This document shows positions 35,935 through 48,905 of a stretch of 64,000 nucleotides of DNA, one piece after another. The DNA comes from Vicugna vicugna (Eukaryota), in contig MU061542.1 in the NCBI GenBank assembly GCA_013265495.1, positions 30,972-94,971 on the forward strand, written 5' to 3'. The notes under the pieces were generated by a model that worked only from the letters and a program-made list of their open reading frames with translations, made no database searches and was not told where the DNA came from. Every line of letters begins with the position of its first letter. Position 1 is the first letter of the stretch. Made by a program: the position numbers and the translations under genes.

Positions 35935-36915
35935 AAATGCACACTCAAAGAGAGAAATTGGACCCTTACCTATACCATGTATAAAAATTAGCTCAAATTG
36001 GTTAAAGGTATATATGTAACACCTGAAACTATAAAAATCTTAGAGGAAAAAAATGGGAAGAAAACTTCATAACATTGGTTTTGTCCATAATTTCTTGGAT
36101 ATGACACCAAAAACACATGAAACAGAAGCAAAAATAGACAAGTGGGACTCATAAAACAGAAAGTTCTGTGCAGCAAAGGAAGCACTCAACAGAGTGAAAA
36201 GGCAACCTACAGAATGAGAGAAAATATTTTTAAGCCATGTATTTGATAAGGAGATAACATCCAAAATATATTTTTAAAAAATTCTTAGAAACTCAATAGT
36301 TAAAAAGTCCTAAATAGCCTGATTTTTTAAAATACAAAGAACTTGAAAAGACATTTCTCCAATGAAGACATACAAATGACTAACAAGTATATAAAACGAT
36401 GCTCAACATCTCTAGTAATCAAGGAAATGAAAATCAAAACCACAATGAGATATCACCTCACACCTGTTGGGATGGCCACTAAAGCAAAACAAAACACCAG
36501 AAAGTAAACAAACACTGGTGAGGATATAGAGAAATTGGGACTGTTGGTGAGAATATAAAATGTTGCAGTGGCTACTAAAAACAGTGTGGAGTTTCCTTAA
36601 ATGATTAAAAATAGAACTACCATGTGATCCTGAAATCCAATTTCAGTTACATAAAGACAAATAAAACATATTTCCACTTTTACTGAGATATTTAAAACAG
36701 TCAAACTCTTAGAAACAGAGTAGAAATTGAAATGGCAGTTGCTGGGGTTAGGGAAAAGAGGAAATAAGAAGTTGTGTTTTATGGGCATAAAGTTACACTT
36801 GTGCAGCATGAAATGTTTTTAGAGATCTGCTGTGCAATAATGTGCATATGGTTTACAATTCTGTACAGCACAGGTAAAAATTTTTGTTAAGAGGATAGAT
36901 CTCACGTTATGTATT

Positions 36916-36947
<32 letters not shown>

Positions 36948-36985
36948 CATACATAAATGCCCCACCAAAATAAACAAACACAAAA
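35935..36985 (+). mobile_element. L1 3' end (ORF2 C-terminus + 3'UTR, L1MA-like) with (TACA)n at 36918-36954
   Basis: GAAATTGGACCCTTACCT..AAAAGGCAACCTACAGAATG..AAAACCACAATGAGATATCACCTCACACCTG..AGAGATCTGCTGTGCAA. Confidence 0.9.
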
Positions 36986-37134
36986 CAGTTGGAGAAACTA
37001 AAGAAAGAAGAGATTTTTGTTTTAAAAAATTTGAAAAATAAATCCTAATTTAAAAGGTCGACAAGAGCATGCCTTTAAATTTCTTTAAAATTATACTCAA
37101 ATGAGTTGATACAGTTTTTTTTTGTTTTACTACT

Positions 37135-37643
37135 ATTTTTATTTCCATGCATTTATTTAGATGTACATTTTAATTTACAGCATTGTTAGTGTTACCTAGA
37201 GTTTTTACTCTAGAAAGCTTAATTTTACAGAACTTTTATAGTTTTGTTTTGTTTTTTTTGACCTCCCCTACCAACATCTCACATCAGAGTAGTATCTGTG
37301 TTATAATCTCCACTGACACATCCTCTCCACCCGGAGTCTGTCGTTTACATGAGGGCTCATTCTTGATGTTGTACATTCTGCGGTTTGGGCAAATGTTTAA
37401 TGACATATATACACCGTTATAAAATCATACAGAATAGTTTTTCTGCCCTAAAAATTCTCCATTCTCTGTCCATTTATCCCTCCCTAGCCTCCCCCATAAG
37501 CACTCATCTTTTTACTGTCACTGTGGTTTTGCCTTTTCCAGAATGTCATGTCATGTAGTTGGGATCATACAGTATGCTGCCTTGACAGGTTGGTTTCTTT
37601 CTCTTAGTGATATGCACGTAAGTTTTTTATGGCCTGATAGCTC
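37135..37643 (-). mobile_element. L1MC-like 3'UTR
   Basis: CACATCAGAGTAGTA..TTCTTGATGTTGTACATTCTG..TTGCCTTTTCCAGAATGTCAT; reverse-complement similarity to 60655-61170. Confidence 0.75.
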
Positions 37644-38071
37644 TTTTTTTTTTTACATTTTTTATTGATTCATAATCATTTTACAGTGTTGTGTCAAATT
37701 CCAGTGTTCAGCACAAATTTTCAGTCATTCATGGACATATACACACTCCTTGTCACATTTTTTTCTCTGTGATTTATCATAACATTTTGTGTGTATTTCC
37801 CTGCGCTATACAGTGTAATCTTGTTTATCTATTCTACAAATTTGAAATCCCAGTCTATCCCTTCCCACCCTCTACCCCGCCCCGCCCCGGTAACCACAAG
37901 TCTGTATTCTCTGTCCATGAGTCTATTTCTGTCCTGTATTTATGCTTTGTTTTTGTTTGTTTGTTTGTTTTTGTTTTTTAGAGTCCACATATGAGCGATC
38001 TCATATGGTATTTTTCTTTCTCTTTCTGGCTTACTTCACTTAGAATGACATTCTCTAGGAGCATCCATGTT
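37644..38071 (-). mobile_element. Young lineage-specific L1 3' end (5'-truncated)
   Basis: Poly-T tail followed by sequence closely similar to 52416-52857 and to the reverse complement of 60288-60505. Confidence 0.9.
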
Positions 38072-41000
38072 TTTGATAGACCATCTTGGAGTGTGAAATG
38101 GTTCAACAGACTAGGCACGATATTAGGAAACAAGTTTCAGTCTTAACTTGTCATATAACTACCTGTGAAGCAGTGGGTACATTAACTTCTAGCTTTATTA
38201 TGTCAAATAAGTGAGAAGAATACTGCCTTACCTGCCATTTCCCAGATAGTCATGTCCTCCTACCGTCCCTAGAATTTCTCACACTGCCCTTTTTGCCTGA
38301 ACTCTTACTAATGACTCTGCTTAAAATATTTCATCTTATCCTTCAAGTACCACCATAGTAATTTCCACATGTGTCCTCTATAACGTACACAAGTGTAATC
38401 ATTCTATGATGCCTATGATGCCATTTTCAAAGACAAGTGAACTCTGAGAAGGGGAAGGAAGAAAATATGAAATACATGCTGGTTGATAGATGTTGGTATC
38501 TGTACCTTACAGAGGAGCCTATTTAAACCTTGTGTTGGTGGCCAAATGGGCAGTGGGAAGCAACATCAAGAAAGCCCTTTGGGGATTGTTTATACATATT
38601 AAAAATAAGTCACTACAATTGTTTTCAGTAACATCAGTTCAAATAATTGTCACTTTTAATAAGAGATTACCTGAAAATGTGCTGTTTCCAAGAGATCTCA
38701 CAGGTGTCTGTAAGGTGTTTCTTTTCAGAGTGAAGTGTAGCTGCAATCTTCACAGTTAAGCTCTCCAGAGCAAACATTTATAAAATATTTTACTACTGTT
38801 CTACATATAGAAGTTTCCAGGTAATTATCATTTGCATAAAATGTATGCTTTATTATATGTCTTAGGAATTCTTAACCCCAAGTCAACCAGATATTAGATG
38901 TAGAATTATATGATGGGCAATAAAATTCATTAGTCTTGCCTCGCTTAAATGTGCCTTTAATATTCCATTTTAGAGGTCATTTCGTACACCCCAAGTGAAC
39001 TCATATAGTATGTGGATTATAAGTTTATTAATTCAAGTTGATTAAATACATCACACTCTTGTTTTGGTTTTATTTTATTTTGATTTTCAAAATATTTTAT
39101 GACTTTGTGTGTGTCAGCTGTGTACTATTGACTGAGAGAAAAAGCACTGTGCTTATTGCCAACAGTCTGGTCTCTAGATCTAGATCAGCTGATCATTAGC
39201 TGAATAATCTTAATAAAAATTACTCAAATATCTTTATTCTGAATGAAGGGCCCCATACCCCTCTTTGATAATTCTATACCTTAGTTTCATTATCAGCAAA
39301 ATAAGTTTATTGAATTAGACCATTCTTAAAATATAGTGAGTTTACCTGGGAGTGATTATGAATTTTATTCAGTATTCCCCATAGGTAGTTTTGATTTGGT
39401 CACTTAAAATTAAATATAAAAATGCAAACAGAATAAGTAAAAACATTAAAACTATTCAAATATGCACAAATGTTGATGGCTAAAAGCAAAAATGGCTTCT
39501 GTAGTAGAAAAAGAAAAGCTGTTTGTTTTTAATTTAATAAAAGTAATGGGATATTTTTAAAATCCTGTGCTTATAAATTGAAAATTAATTCTGTGTCTCT
39601 CATGGGTATAATGTTATTTAGTGTTAAAATTTGGATTGAATGAAGTTTCTTTAATTTGCATAGCACCTAATAGTATAAAACTCTCTTGCCTGAATATAAT
39701 TCCATTAGATCTGCACAATTACACTGAGGGGCATAGAGGAGATGGAAGGGGGTTAAGGAGCTACTGTTGACTGACGAGTGAGTGCTCGTTCATTGCTTGA
39801 CACTTTAGCAGTAGGTGTGGTTTTAGCTCTCTCTGCCCAAGAAAAAAAAAAAATACAGCTCTGAAAGCCTAAGACTTCTCCAAGGACACACATTAAATAA
39901 TTGGCAGAATTTGCTTTGATTAGAATTAGGCATTCAGACCCCATATTGTTTCTTCCCCTAAAAATATTGGATGTTAGATGCATATGTAATTCTAATCCCA
40001 TTCCTGTAGCTCAAATAATTGGAAATTATTTTGAAACAAGAGCAAAAAAATTGTATTCTTTATCAATAATATACCAAGATCTTATTTTAAATAATTTACA
40101 ATATAGGAACAAATGGCCAAAATCTACTTCCATTTAAAACATTAAAAAGTTATTTTAAATGAAGTAATAGGGACATATCACATGTAAAATGATTACTTAA
40201 TGGAGTTCTTAAAATGTAATTCCTGATGCATTTCAGAACAGAGCCTGATTTCATTTGCTAAAAAACAGTGGTTTTACCAACAGTTATTCTGATGAAAGAG
40301 GAATATAAATGTATCACTGAGGAGCATGACCAAAAACTTGAAATACGGTCAAGGACCATCATTTTCACCTCAAATAGGAGCAGTTTCTCCAGTGATTTTG
40401 ATTGGCATTTTGAAATGTGCTTGTGAATAAAATAGAAAGGAAATGGCATACCTCACATTCAAATACCCACACAGAGATAATAATGGAAGCAGTGTTTTAT
40501 GGGTCATTGGGGAAGGCAATCCCAACCAAATGTTTGTTCCTGGGGATGGTAAGAGTAGAGTGGAATATTCTTCTGCATCATATAACCCAAAAGAGTAAGA
40601 ACTGATGGATAATGATTGATTTAATACAAAAAGCCTGAGCAGCAAAGAATGAAAGACTTGGGGGGGGGGCTGTATAGGAGTTATTCCAGATTCTTGGGTA
40701 TTATGATAAATTTGAAGTCCCAGAATCCTGAACTCAGTGTTGAAACTACATCTATAACTTTGTCCCATATTGTGCACTTAGGCATAAAAGGATAATAGAA
40801 ATAAAAAGTCAAGGCAGATAAAATTTTAAGAGAGACAGGATTTTTTCATCACCCATGAGTAGAATAAGTGCTTCTCTTAAACGTTCTAAAACCAATGGTT
40901 GTCTGTTCTAGGATGAAAGATTAGTAGTAGTGAAGGAAATTTTCCAACCTTGCTTAAAAGCCACAGCCTGTGCTGGCAGGCAGTAATGAAAAACAGAAAT

Positions 41001-42303
41001 GACCTTTTGAAAGCAGTGTTTTCCAGAAAACTTGAATTTGAGAAGTAAAGTGGCAGATAGGATTATTCTCTTTCTCACAGTTCTCCCACCCTCTGGAAAC
41101 TGTCTTGCAACACCTTCTTCATCAGTAGTGGGCCAAATTTACATAGAAATTCTTTTACATCTCCGGGATCACCTGGAAAAATAGTTCCTTTCAATTTTCA
41201 TGTACAGAGTGTGAAAAAAGATAAGCCAATTTGTGTGCATAGTACTTATGCATAATAATTGTACATTAAAGTTAACTGTTAGCTCTGTGTTTACTAAGAA
41301 GTAGTGAAGGAGTTATAGCTAAACTTATATAAACATATAATTAACAATTGCCTAAGGTTTATAAATATTTCATGTGTATCACCAGGAGGAAATAAGTATT
41401 TAGCATAATGATTTTTTAGAGCATAGGAAGGAATTTGTTGGATGACACTTTCTCCATCAGTAAACATACATAAGCAAAAACAAACATACATGTGATTTTA
41501 TGAGTAAAATAGTTTGACAAGATTTAAAAATTTCATGGTATGGTGTGTTCATCCAGCTCAAGAGTTATAGTCCCCTGATTGTATTACACTTCTGAGTCAA
41601 CTTTAATACATGTGGCTTCCAAATGAAGAATTAAAGCATTAACAGTCACTTTTAAGTATATATTTAATGCTTTTAATAACCACGTGTTGGCAATGCAATT
41701 TTTAATGCCTTTTAACAGAATTTCTGGGAAGGGAGAGATCCTCAAATACAACAATATTTTGTATTATGCATGGGTTTAAAAAGGGAATTTTTCTAGGTTT
41801 TATGGTATAAGGAAAGATGAATCAAGATATGAAAACTTGGTCAAATAAAAAAGCAAACCAAAATTATTTCTTGTACCAAACTATAGTTCATTTTATATTC
41901 TTATATTTTGTGTCTAGTAAAGATGTTGTATCAACATGGTAAGATGAGTTTGACTTAGGTTCATGATGTATGGAAACTTAGGATGGGCTGAAAGGAAAGC
42001 AGAAAAATAGATGTTTGAATGGACAGCATAAAATTCAGGATTGTATTTTTTTCTTGGTTGCAGAAGATGTGGTTTTCACTGTCACATCAGGGTGTGCCTG
42101 AAAATCAGTTCTGACAATATTGGGTCATCTGTGCCATTCTGTTTTATTTTATCTCCCTTGTTTGTCTGTTTTTGTATTCAGAAAATTAGGCTAATCACTT
42201 TGAGAATCAGCAGTATGACAGTAATATCAGCATGACCCCTCTAAATGTTTCACTGTGGTTTTGAAATGCCATATTTTTACTTTACTTCTCCTGATGTAGT
42301 ATT

Positions 42304-42352
42304 TTTTTACCTTTTATTTTAAATTGAACTATAGTTGGTTTATAATGTTGTG
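42304..42352 (-). mobile_element. Ultra-short L1 3'-tail insertion (~49 bp)
   Basis: TTTTAAATTGAACTATAGTTGGTTTATAATGTTG is the reverse complement of the tail at 46265-46296. Flanked by TCCTGATGTAGTATT / TCCTGATACAGTATT (13/15 match). Confidence 0.75.
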
Positions 42353-43776
42353 TCCTGATACAGTATTAATCCTACATTCAATTAAGTGAGACATAAGCTG
42401 AGAGTAACTTTATAAGTATTTTTAAAATACTGAGTTTTACTTTTATTTATCCTTACCCTGGTCTTCTCTACTCTAGATGAAACAGTTGAGAACTCTGCTA
42501 TTCTTTGACAAACATTACATTTCCTGGTTTATAATTTGTTTCTAATACTTATACAACTTTGCCACAACCTCGTTAAAGAAGTAAAAAGATTTTGTTCAAA
42601 GATAAATTGTGCATAATTCTAAATTCTATGCTACACTCTAATGAGACCTAAGAAAACTGAGAGCAACTTGACAAGACTAGGGATTTTGTTTTTGACATTT
42701 ATTTAGAGTAACTGCTGCATTAAATACTTTTCAATTAGTGGACAAATTATTTTCTTCCTTTTTTATTTTTTGAGTTGAGTTATTTTGTCAGAGACAAAGG
42801 TAACCTCTTGATCATACATGGCTACATACTACTCTTTAGCATAACTACAAGAAAAAAGTAAGATATAATTACTTAAGAACTGTGGCTTTTGAAATGTCAT
42901 GATTACGTTGCAAAAGACAAAACAAAATTCCAGAGACATCAAAGTTAAGAAGTCAGGAAGAAAATAAAACTAAGTGTACAAAACATAGAGGACTGGCAAA
43001 AGTCAATGTTTTTTTTTTTTAATTGAAAACCCCCTAATTTGGGAAACTTGCTGGCTAGGCTTTTATTTTTTATATTCAGTTTCTTTAGTTGTTTATTTAT
43101 AGCTTTCACGTGATACAGAAGGTGCAAGTTTGTAACAGTCTTACCTTGCACCTGCACAAATGGAAATTACTGACCAAATGCAATTCCCTATTTTGCATCC
43201 TTAAGTGGCCTTCATTCTTCTTTAACAGGACAAGTGTGAAATGCCATTTCACTTTTTTATATAATTTCAACCAAACACAATGAATAAAAATAAAGAATCT
43301 TTACATTTTAAAGTTTCACATCCAAGGGAGGCATATAGATAAAATAATAACAACAATAATATTTATACATAACACAATAATTAAAAAGCTATAGAGCATT
43401 ACATTGTCCTTGAACCTAGAGCAAGACCAAAGAGCTCAGTGATTTCCCTAATTTTTATGAATCACTAGAGGAACAACCTCACTTTCATAAAGTATGCCCA
43501 CCTGGTGGACACATGGTGAGTATATTTTATAGAAAATAACTAGGAGAATAACAGGCTTCATTTGGGGGAAAAATCAGTTAATTTAGAGATGAGTGTTTAT
43601 AGATGATTAAGGAGAAAAGTTTATAATAGACATTTATAATTGACTCAAGTTTGTTTAATTATTATTGTTTCTGAATAACAGAGAGTTAAATATTTCTGGA
43701 TTCCTACTGCTAGCAGGTGTTTTTAAAGGTTAATATTTAATTTGATTCCTTCCTCTCTATTATACCTATTTCAGGA

Positions 43777-44331
43777 TTGTTTGTGTAAAATAAAACCTCC
43801 TATTCCACCTGCCATTCTAAACCTTGGCCTTGACACTGTTCCCATTGAGCGTGTGTGTTTGTGTGGTGGGGAAGAGTGTTATAGGTACCTCTTCTTGAAT
43901 CTGGACAAGTCTGTGACTCATTTGCATTTGACTGAATACAGCAGACGTCATGCTGTACGACTTCTGAGGTGAGGCCATTTAAGGTGGTGCACCATCCCTC
44001 TAGATATTTGGATATCTAAACTTGGAGCTCTAAGTAAAAGAGCTACTGTTGTGAAGATTATTCTAGGAGGAAGCTACCACAAGTCAAGCTGAGAGAACAC
44101 ATGGAGAGGCCTTGAGACCACATAAAGGAGGAGAGATACCCTCGCTACTGGCAAACTACTCCAGCCCCCTTTTCTTTCAGCTCTGTCCATAGCCTGACTG
44201 CAACCTCCAGAGACACCTGGGAACAATACCCTTGATCTGAATCTTTCCAAATTTCTGACTCACAGATTGTTGCTATTTTAAGTCCTTACATTTGGGCATG
44301 ATTTGTAATACAGAAATAGCTCCCCATAACA
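43777..44331 (+). mobile_element. MaLR (MLT1-like) solo LTR
   Basis: CTTGAATCTGG..TGTGACT..TTTGACTGAATA..GACTTCTGAGG..CTGACTGCAACCTC..TTGTTGCTATTTTAAG..TTTGGG..ATTTGTAATACAG..ATAACA. Confidence 0.75.
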
Positions 44332-44814
44332 GATTTAATTTTTACACATGGGATTTTAGCAAAATGGAGAGGTCTGTGCCAAGATAATAATGAAATGAGT
44401 TTGTATTTTTAATTTTTCACCATTTTAACTTTTTTCTTTTAATACTTTAAATGTTTAGTTACTTTCTTTGTTAATAGCTTTAATTGTTTCCTGATGAAAT
44501 TTAAACTATTCAACAGTTAGATTTCATTTGATTTTAAAGTATGACTTAAAATATGTCATGTACTGACTTTACATTTGTCTTTATTTTATAGATGATTACA
44601 GAGTCAGGACTGAGAATGCATAAAGTGAAGTATGATACTCTTATAGCATACTACCAAAATATTACTAAGATATTGATTTATCAAAAAGGAAAATAAATAT
44701 ATTTACTATAAGCCATAATAACTGTTTTTATACTAAGATACAAGAAGAAAATGACAAGATAATGATATTATGGGCCTTCATGGGTCTCAATGGTCAATTC
44801 TAAAAACAACACCC

Positions 44815-45040
44815 ATTATATATAATGTATATAACATATATAAATGTTATATTACATATGCAATATGTTAACAACTATATATTATAAATTAACAATATAT
44901 CATATATACAGTATATATGAGATATATATGTTATAAATTATTAACATGTAGCATGCTACTATATATCATTGTATCCTATATATAATATGTATATATTAGT
45001 ATTATATATGTTATGTACACATATATGTTTTATATAAATT
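44815..45040. repeat. Degenerate (TA)-rich low-complexity region
   Basis: Read directly from the sequence. Confidence 0.8.
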
Positions 45041-45735
45041 CAAGTAAACTTTAACATAGCAAAGAAATACAGAGGATTCCCAGAGCAGGGGAGATTTGTG
45101 GGGAAGGTTGTCAGTGTTAGGAAATTTGTAGATCCACAGGGAAAGAAAGCTTGACTTTTTAAATATCTGAGACTCACTAGAATAAGAAAATAATTCAGAA
45201 AGAGTTGTCAGGAATTTGAGGACAAACTTTATCTCATTTACAAATTGTTCTAGAGCTGGTTCCTCATATCTTGATGGTCTTGACTTTGAATGTTATTGAA
45301 GTTAATAACATATAGTGTCCAATTTACATGAATTTGAATTAATTTATTTGATTTAACTTTACCATTTTAAGCCGAGCATATTTACCTTGATAGTTCATGT
45401 TCAGCCATGTCCAAGTGAGCTTCCAACTGATGAGCTTCAGGCAACTCTTCTGGGTTTATCAGATTTTGACAAGTATTATCATATTTTCAAAGAAACCTGG
45501 TGATTAACTCAAAAGGAATCATAAAACTGTATGAATTCTCAAGAATTTGCTGTAAAAACTGGGTAGCTAATCTAAATTAAAGTAGTGAACCTTGGCCTCA
45601 GCTAATCCAGGAGCAATGCAATATGTCATTTAGAAACCTAAACAGGGTCTAGACAAACTTGACTATTTTTCTAAAACTGAACTTCCAAATAGCTGAGTTT
45701 GCATGCTTTGAGTTTGAAATGAAATCTTATTTTGA

Positions 45736-46296
45736 TAGTAGCACTATTTACCATAACCAAGAAATGGAAACAAACTAAATGCCATCAGCAGATGACTGGA
45801 TAAAGTTGCGGTATATTTATACAATGGAATACTACTTAGTCATAAAAAGAGAATAAAATAATACCATTTGCGGCAACATAGATGAACCTAAAGATCATCA
45901 TTCTAAGTAAAGCATGCCAGAAAGAGAAAGGAAAACACCATATGATATCACTTATATGTGGAATCTAAAAAAAAAGAAAACACACATACACAAACTTATT
46001 TACAAAACAGAAACAGACTCACAGATAGAAGACAAATAAACGAATTTATGGTCACCAGAGGAGAAAGAGGGTGGGGAGGGATAAACTGGAAGTTTAGGAT
46101 TCACAGATACTAACTACTATATACAAAATAGATTAACATGTCACTATTGTATAGTATAAGGAACTATATACAATATCATATAGTAACCTATGATGAAAAA
46201 ATATGAAAAGGAATATATGTATGTATATATATGAAATATTATGTTGCACATCAGACATTAATGCAACATTGTAAACTAACTACACTTCAAGAAAAA
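45736..46296 (+). mobile_element. 5'-truncated L1 3' end with TSD
   Basis: TAGCACTATTTACCATAACCAAGA..TACAATGGAATACTAC..A-tail; TSD AAATCTTATTTTGA (45722-45735) / AAATCTCATTTTGA (46297-46310). Confidence 0.9.
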
Positions 46297-46699
46297 AAAT
46301 CTCATTTTGACTTTTGCTGAGACTAAAAGTATGAATTTTTAAAAGTCATAAGAAGAGAAAAAAGATATTTCTTAATTGTCTGAATAAATATGAAACAGAA
46401 CTTCAAGAACATTTGTATAAGGGATTAAAACTCAGTTCACTATTGGAGTAAAGTTAGCCAAATATTTTTTGATACTTTTCTCTTCAAAACTGGATTCAGT
46501 TTCTTCTTCCATTAAAAAATGGCTGGCTGATAATCTACCAATAATGTACCATGGAAGTAATACTATACCAGTTCTTGTAGGTCTAGACTTTACAATAACT
46601 AGCAGGTCCTGTGACTTATATTTTGGAGGATTTATTTGTAGACCCTTGAGCTGTTATGAAAGCATTACTGTTAGGGACCACTAGGGAAGTCTTAAAAGA

Positions 46700-46905
46700 G
46701 GATTGTACTTAACCTAGTCTTCTAAGGCACTTGATATGAATGTTCTTATGTCTCCAGATAAGCCCAGAAACCAGATGAATAGTTTGAGTAACCACAGGCA
46801 CTGCCACATGGAGAAGTACTTCTTTTTACACCCTGCCTAAATTCCTGACCCCAGATTTAGACCACAAAATTTTGAAATGTTCTGTTATGTGGCATAGATA
46901 GGATA
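46700..46905 (+). mobile_element. Possible old MaLR LTR 3' remnant
   Basis: CCCTGCCTAAATTCCTGACCC..TGTTATGTGGCATAGATA. Confidence 0.35.
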
Positions 46906-48469
46906 GATTACATTATTAAAACAACCTCCTTACTTACTCCCTATGAGGTCATTGAAATATCTTGATTTCTTGTAATAGCCATTTTAATAACATGGCCCCA
47001 AAGTAAAATGATCAGTTTTATAAAGTTTTCACTGAAAATATGAATTTTTTCAAGGAATCAGTGATTCTGCTAACTAATCATTTTTAAACTGAATCACCTC
47101 TCAATAGTAGTTCTGACATATAGCATCCAAAATATAAGCCCAGAATGTAAAATCAACTTACATCCAAAACAAACAAAATTTGTATGAAACAATGATAAAA
47201 GTACAACAGTATTACATGTGTAAATTATTGTTTAGAGTTCCATCCAGAGGTTATAAAATCAGAGGACCTTATTCTGCTATGTGTTCTCATACAAGACTAA
47301 CATTCATAGAGTCAGCTGTTTTTCAACTGATTCTGATTTTTGCAATATAAATGAACAATTTCTGCACCATTGATTCAACTGGTCATGCAGTCAATAGCAT
47401 AATAAACAACATGAAGAGCAGACTGTTTTTTAAGGTTTTAATGCAAAAACTTGGCAATGATTTTTAAGAACATAAACTATACTGATGTTTACTCTTTGTA
47501 AAATAATCATCCAAGTCTTTGAGAATAATACTATAAGAATAACTTTAATGTCCTAACAGAAAAATTAGTTTAAAACTTCTTACTTATTTATAAAATAAAA
47601 TCATTTAATAAACTACAAAAAATGTGTTAATTCAAAGTAATATATTACAAAGAAATTATAAAAACACAGAGGAAACAAATTTAACTAAAATAATGAATAA
47701 ACTTATTTTTATATAACATGTATTTATAGAGTTGGAAGGATTATAACAAAATGTCTGAATCATTCTGCTAAATATTATGCTGTAATTTATCTAATACTAC
47801 AAATAATAATTTAAACAATGAATTTATTGATATTCTACAAGATCAAATCATGAAACTTAGAAATCAACCTTTTATCTTTCAGTTCAAAAACATTACCTCT
47901 GTAGATTCTACCCCTGTCAATATTTTAAAATTTATTTTTCATAGAATTTTCATGGAGTCCAGATTGAACGCTCTTGTGTCTTCCAGTCTAATTTCTAATT
48001 CACGTTTAATCACTGCTATAACACTCCTGGGAAGAGGTGGTGCAGATTACACTTAAATTACCACCTCCTTAACATGAGACAGCTCGTTCTCTTTTTGGAC
48101 ATCTCTGAATATTTAAAGGTTCCTCAATATATTCGGTGAAAGTGTAACCATTTGTTTTACTTTTATTTTGTTCCTAAACCCTTGGGGTGTGGAATATTTT
48201 ATCTATCTTCATGGCTATTTGAGGATATCTACCATATGCTTAGCACTAAATTATTTTTCCAATAAAGATAATAAAATGCTTCAGACTTTCTTCACATAAC
48301 ATAAGACACTTCACTGTTCTGATATGGCTATTTTGAATATAATTTTCTTGAAACACAGAGCTCAGAATTAAGAATAATATATTAACTGTTACCTGAATAG
48401 CATAGGGGAGAACAGAACTGTACCACTTAATTTTAGGACTCTACTCTAATTAACTAATATACACAATAA

Positions 48470-48905
48470 ACATTTTTGAGCAGTGATTCATATCTTTAGT
48501 ATCTTGAGACTAGCAGTTTAAAGTAAAAGAGAAGTTATCAAAAGTTCTGCTCTTATGAAAGATATATTTAGTATGTAAGTGTGAATGTGTGTTGTTATTG
48601 TGGAGATAATACAATAAAAGGAAAACTGAATGAACCATATCTATGTCAGAAAATGAAAAGTGCTACAGAAAAAAAATTGAGAAAGTTAAGTAGGGTAGAG
48701 AATGGTGGAGGTGGTGAAGACAAAGCTATTATAGAAAGGGTGAACACTGATATGATAAGAAGTTATTTAAACAATGACCTCAAGAGAATGAGAAAATCAT
48801 GTAGAGATTTGGGGTATGGTGTTCAGGCAAGGAAGCAAGTATGAAGGCAATGAAGAGGAAGCAAGTTTAGTATGTTGGAAAAATAGTAGGTTGTCTGGTA
48901 AGTGC
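48470..48905 (-). mobile_element. L2 fragment
   Basis: TCTGCTCTTATGAAAG..AAGTGCTACAGAA..GTTCAGGCAAGGAAGCAAGTATGAAGGC; purine-rich L2 antisense pattern. Confidence 0.55.

Noticed and set aside
48290..48460. Possible L3/CR1 fragment
   Set aside because: The resemblance is too faint to call without a profile search.
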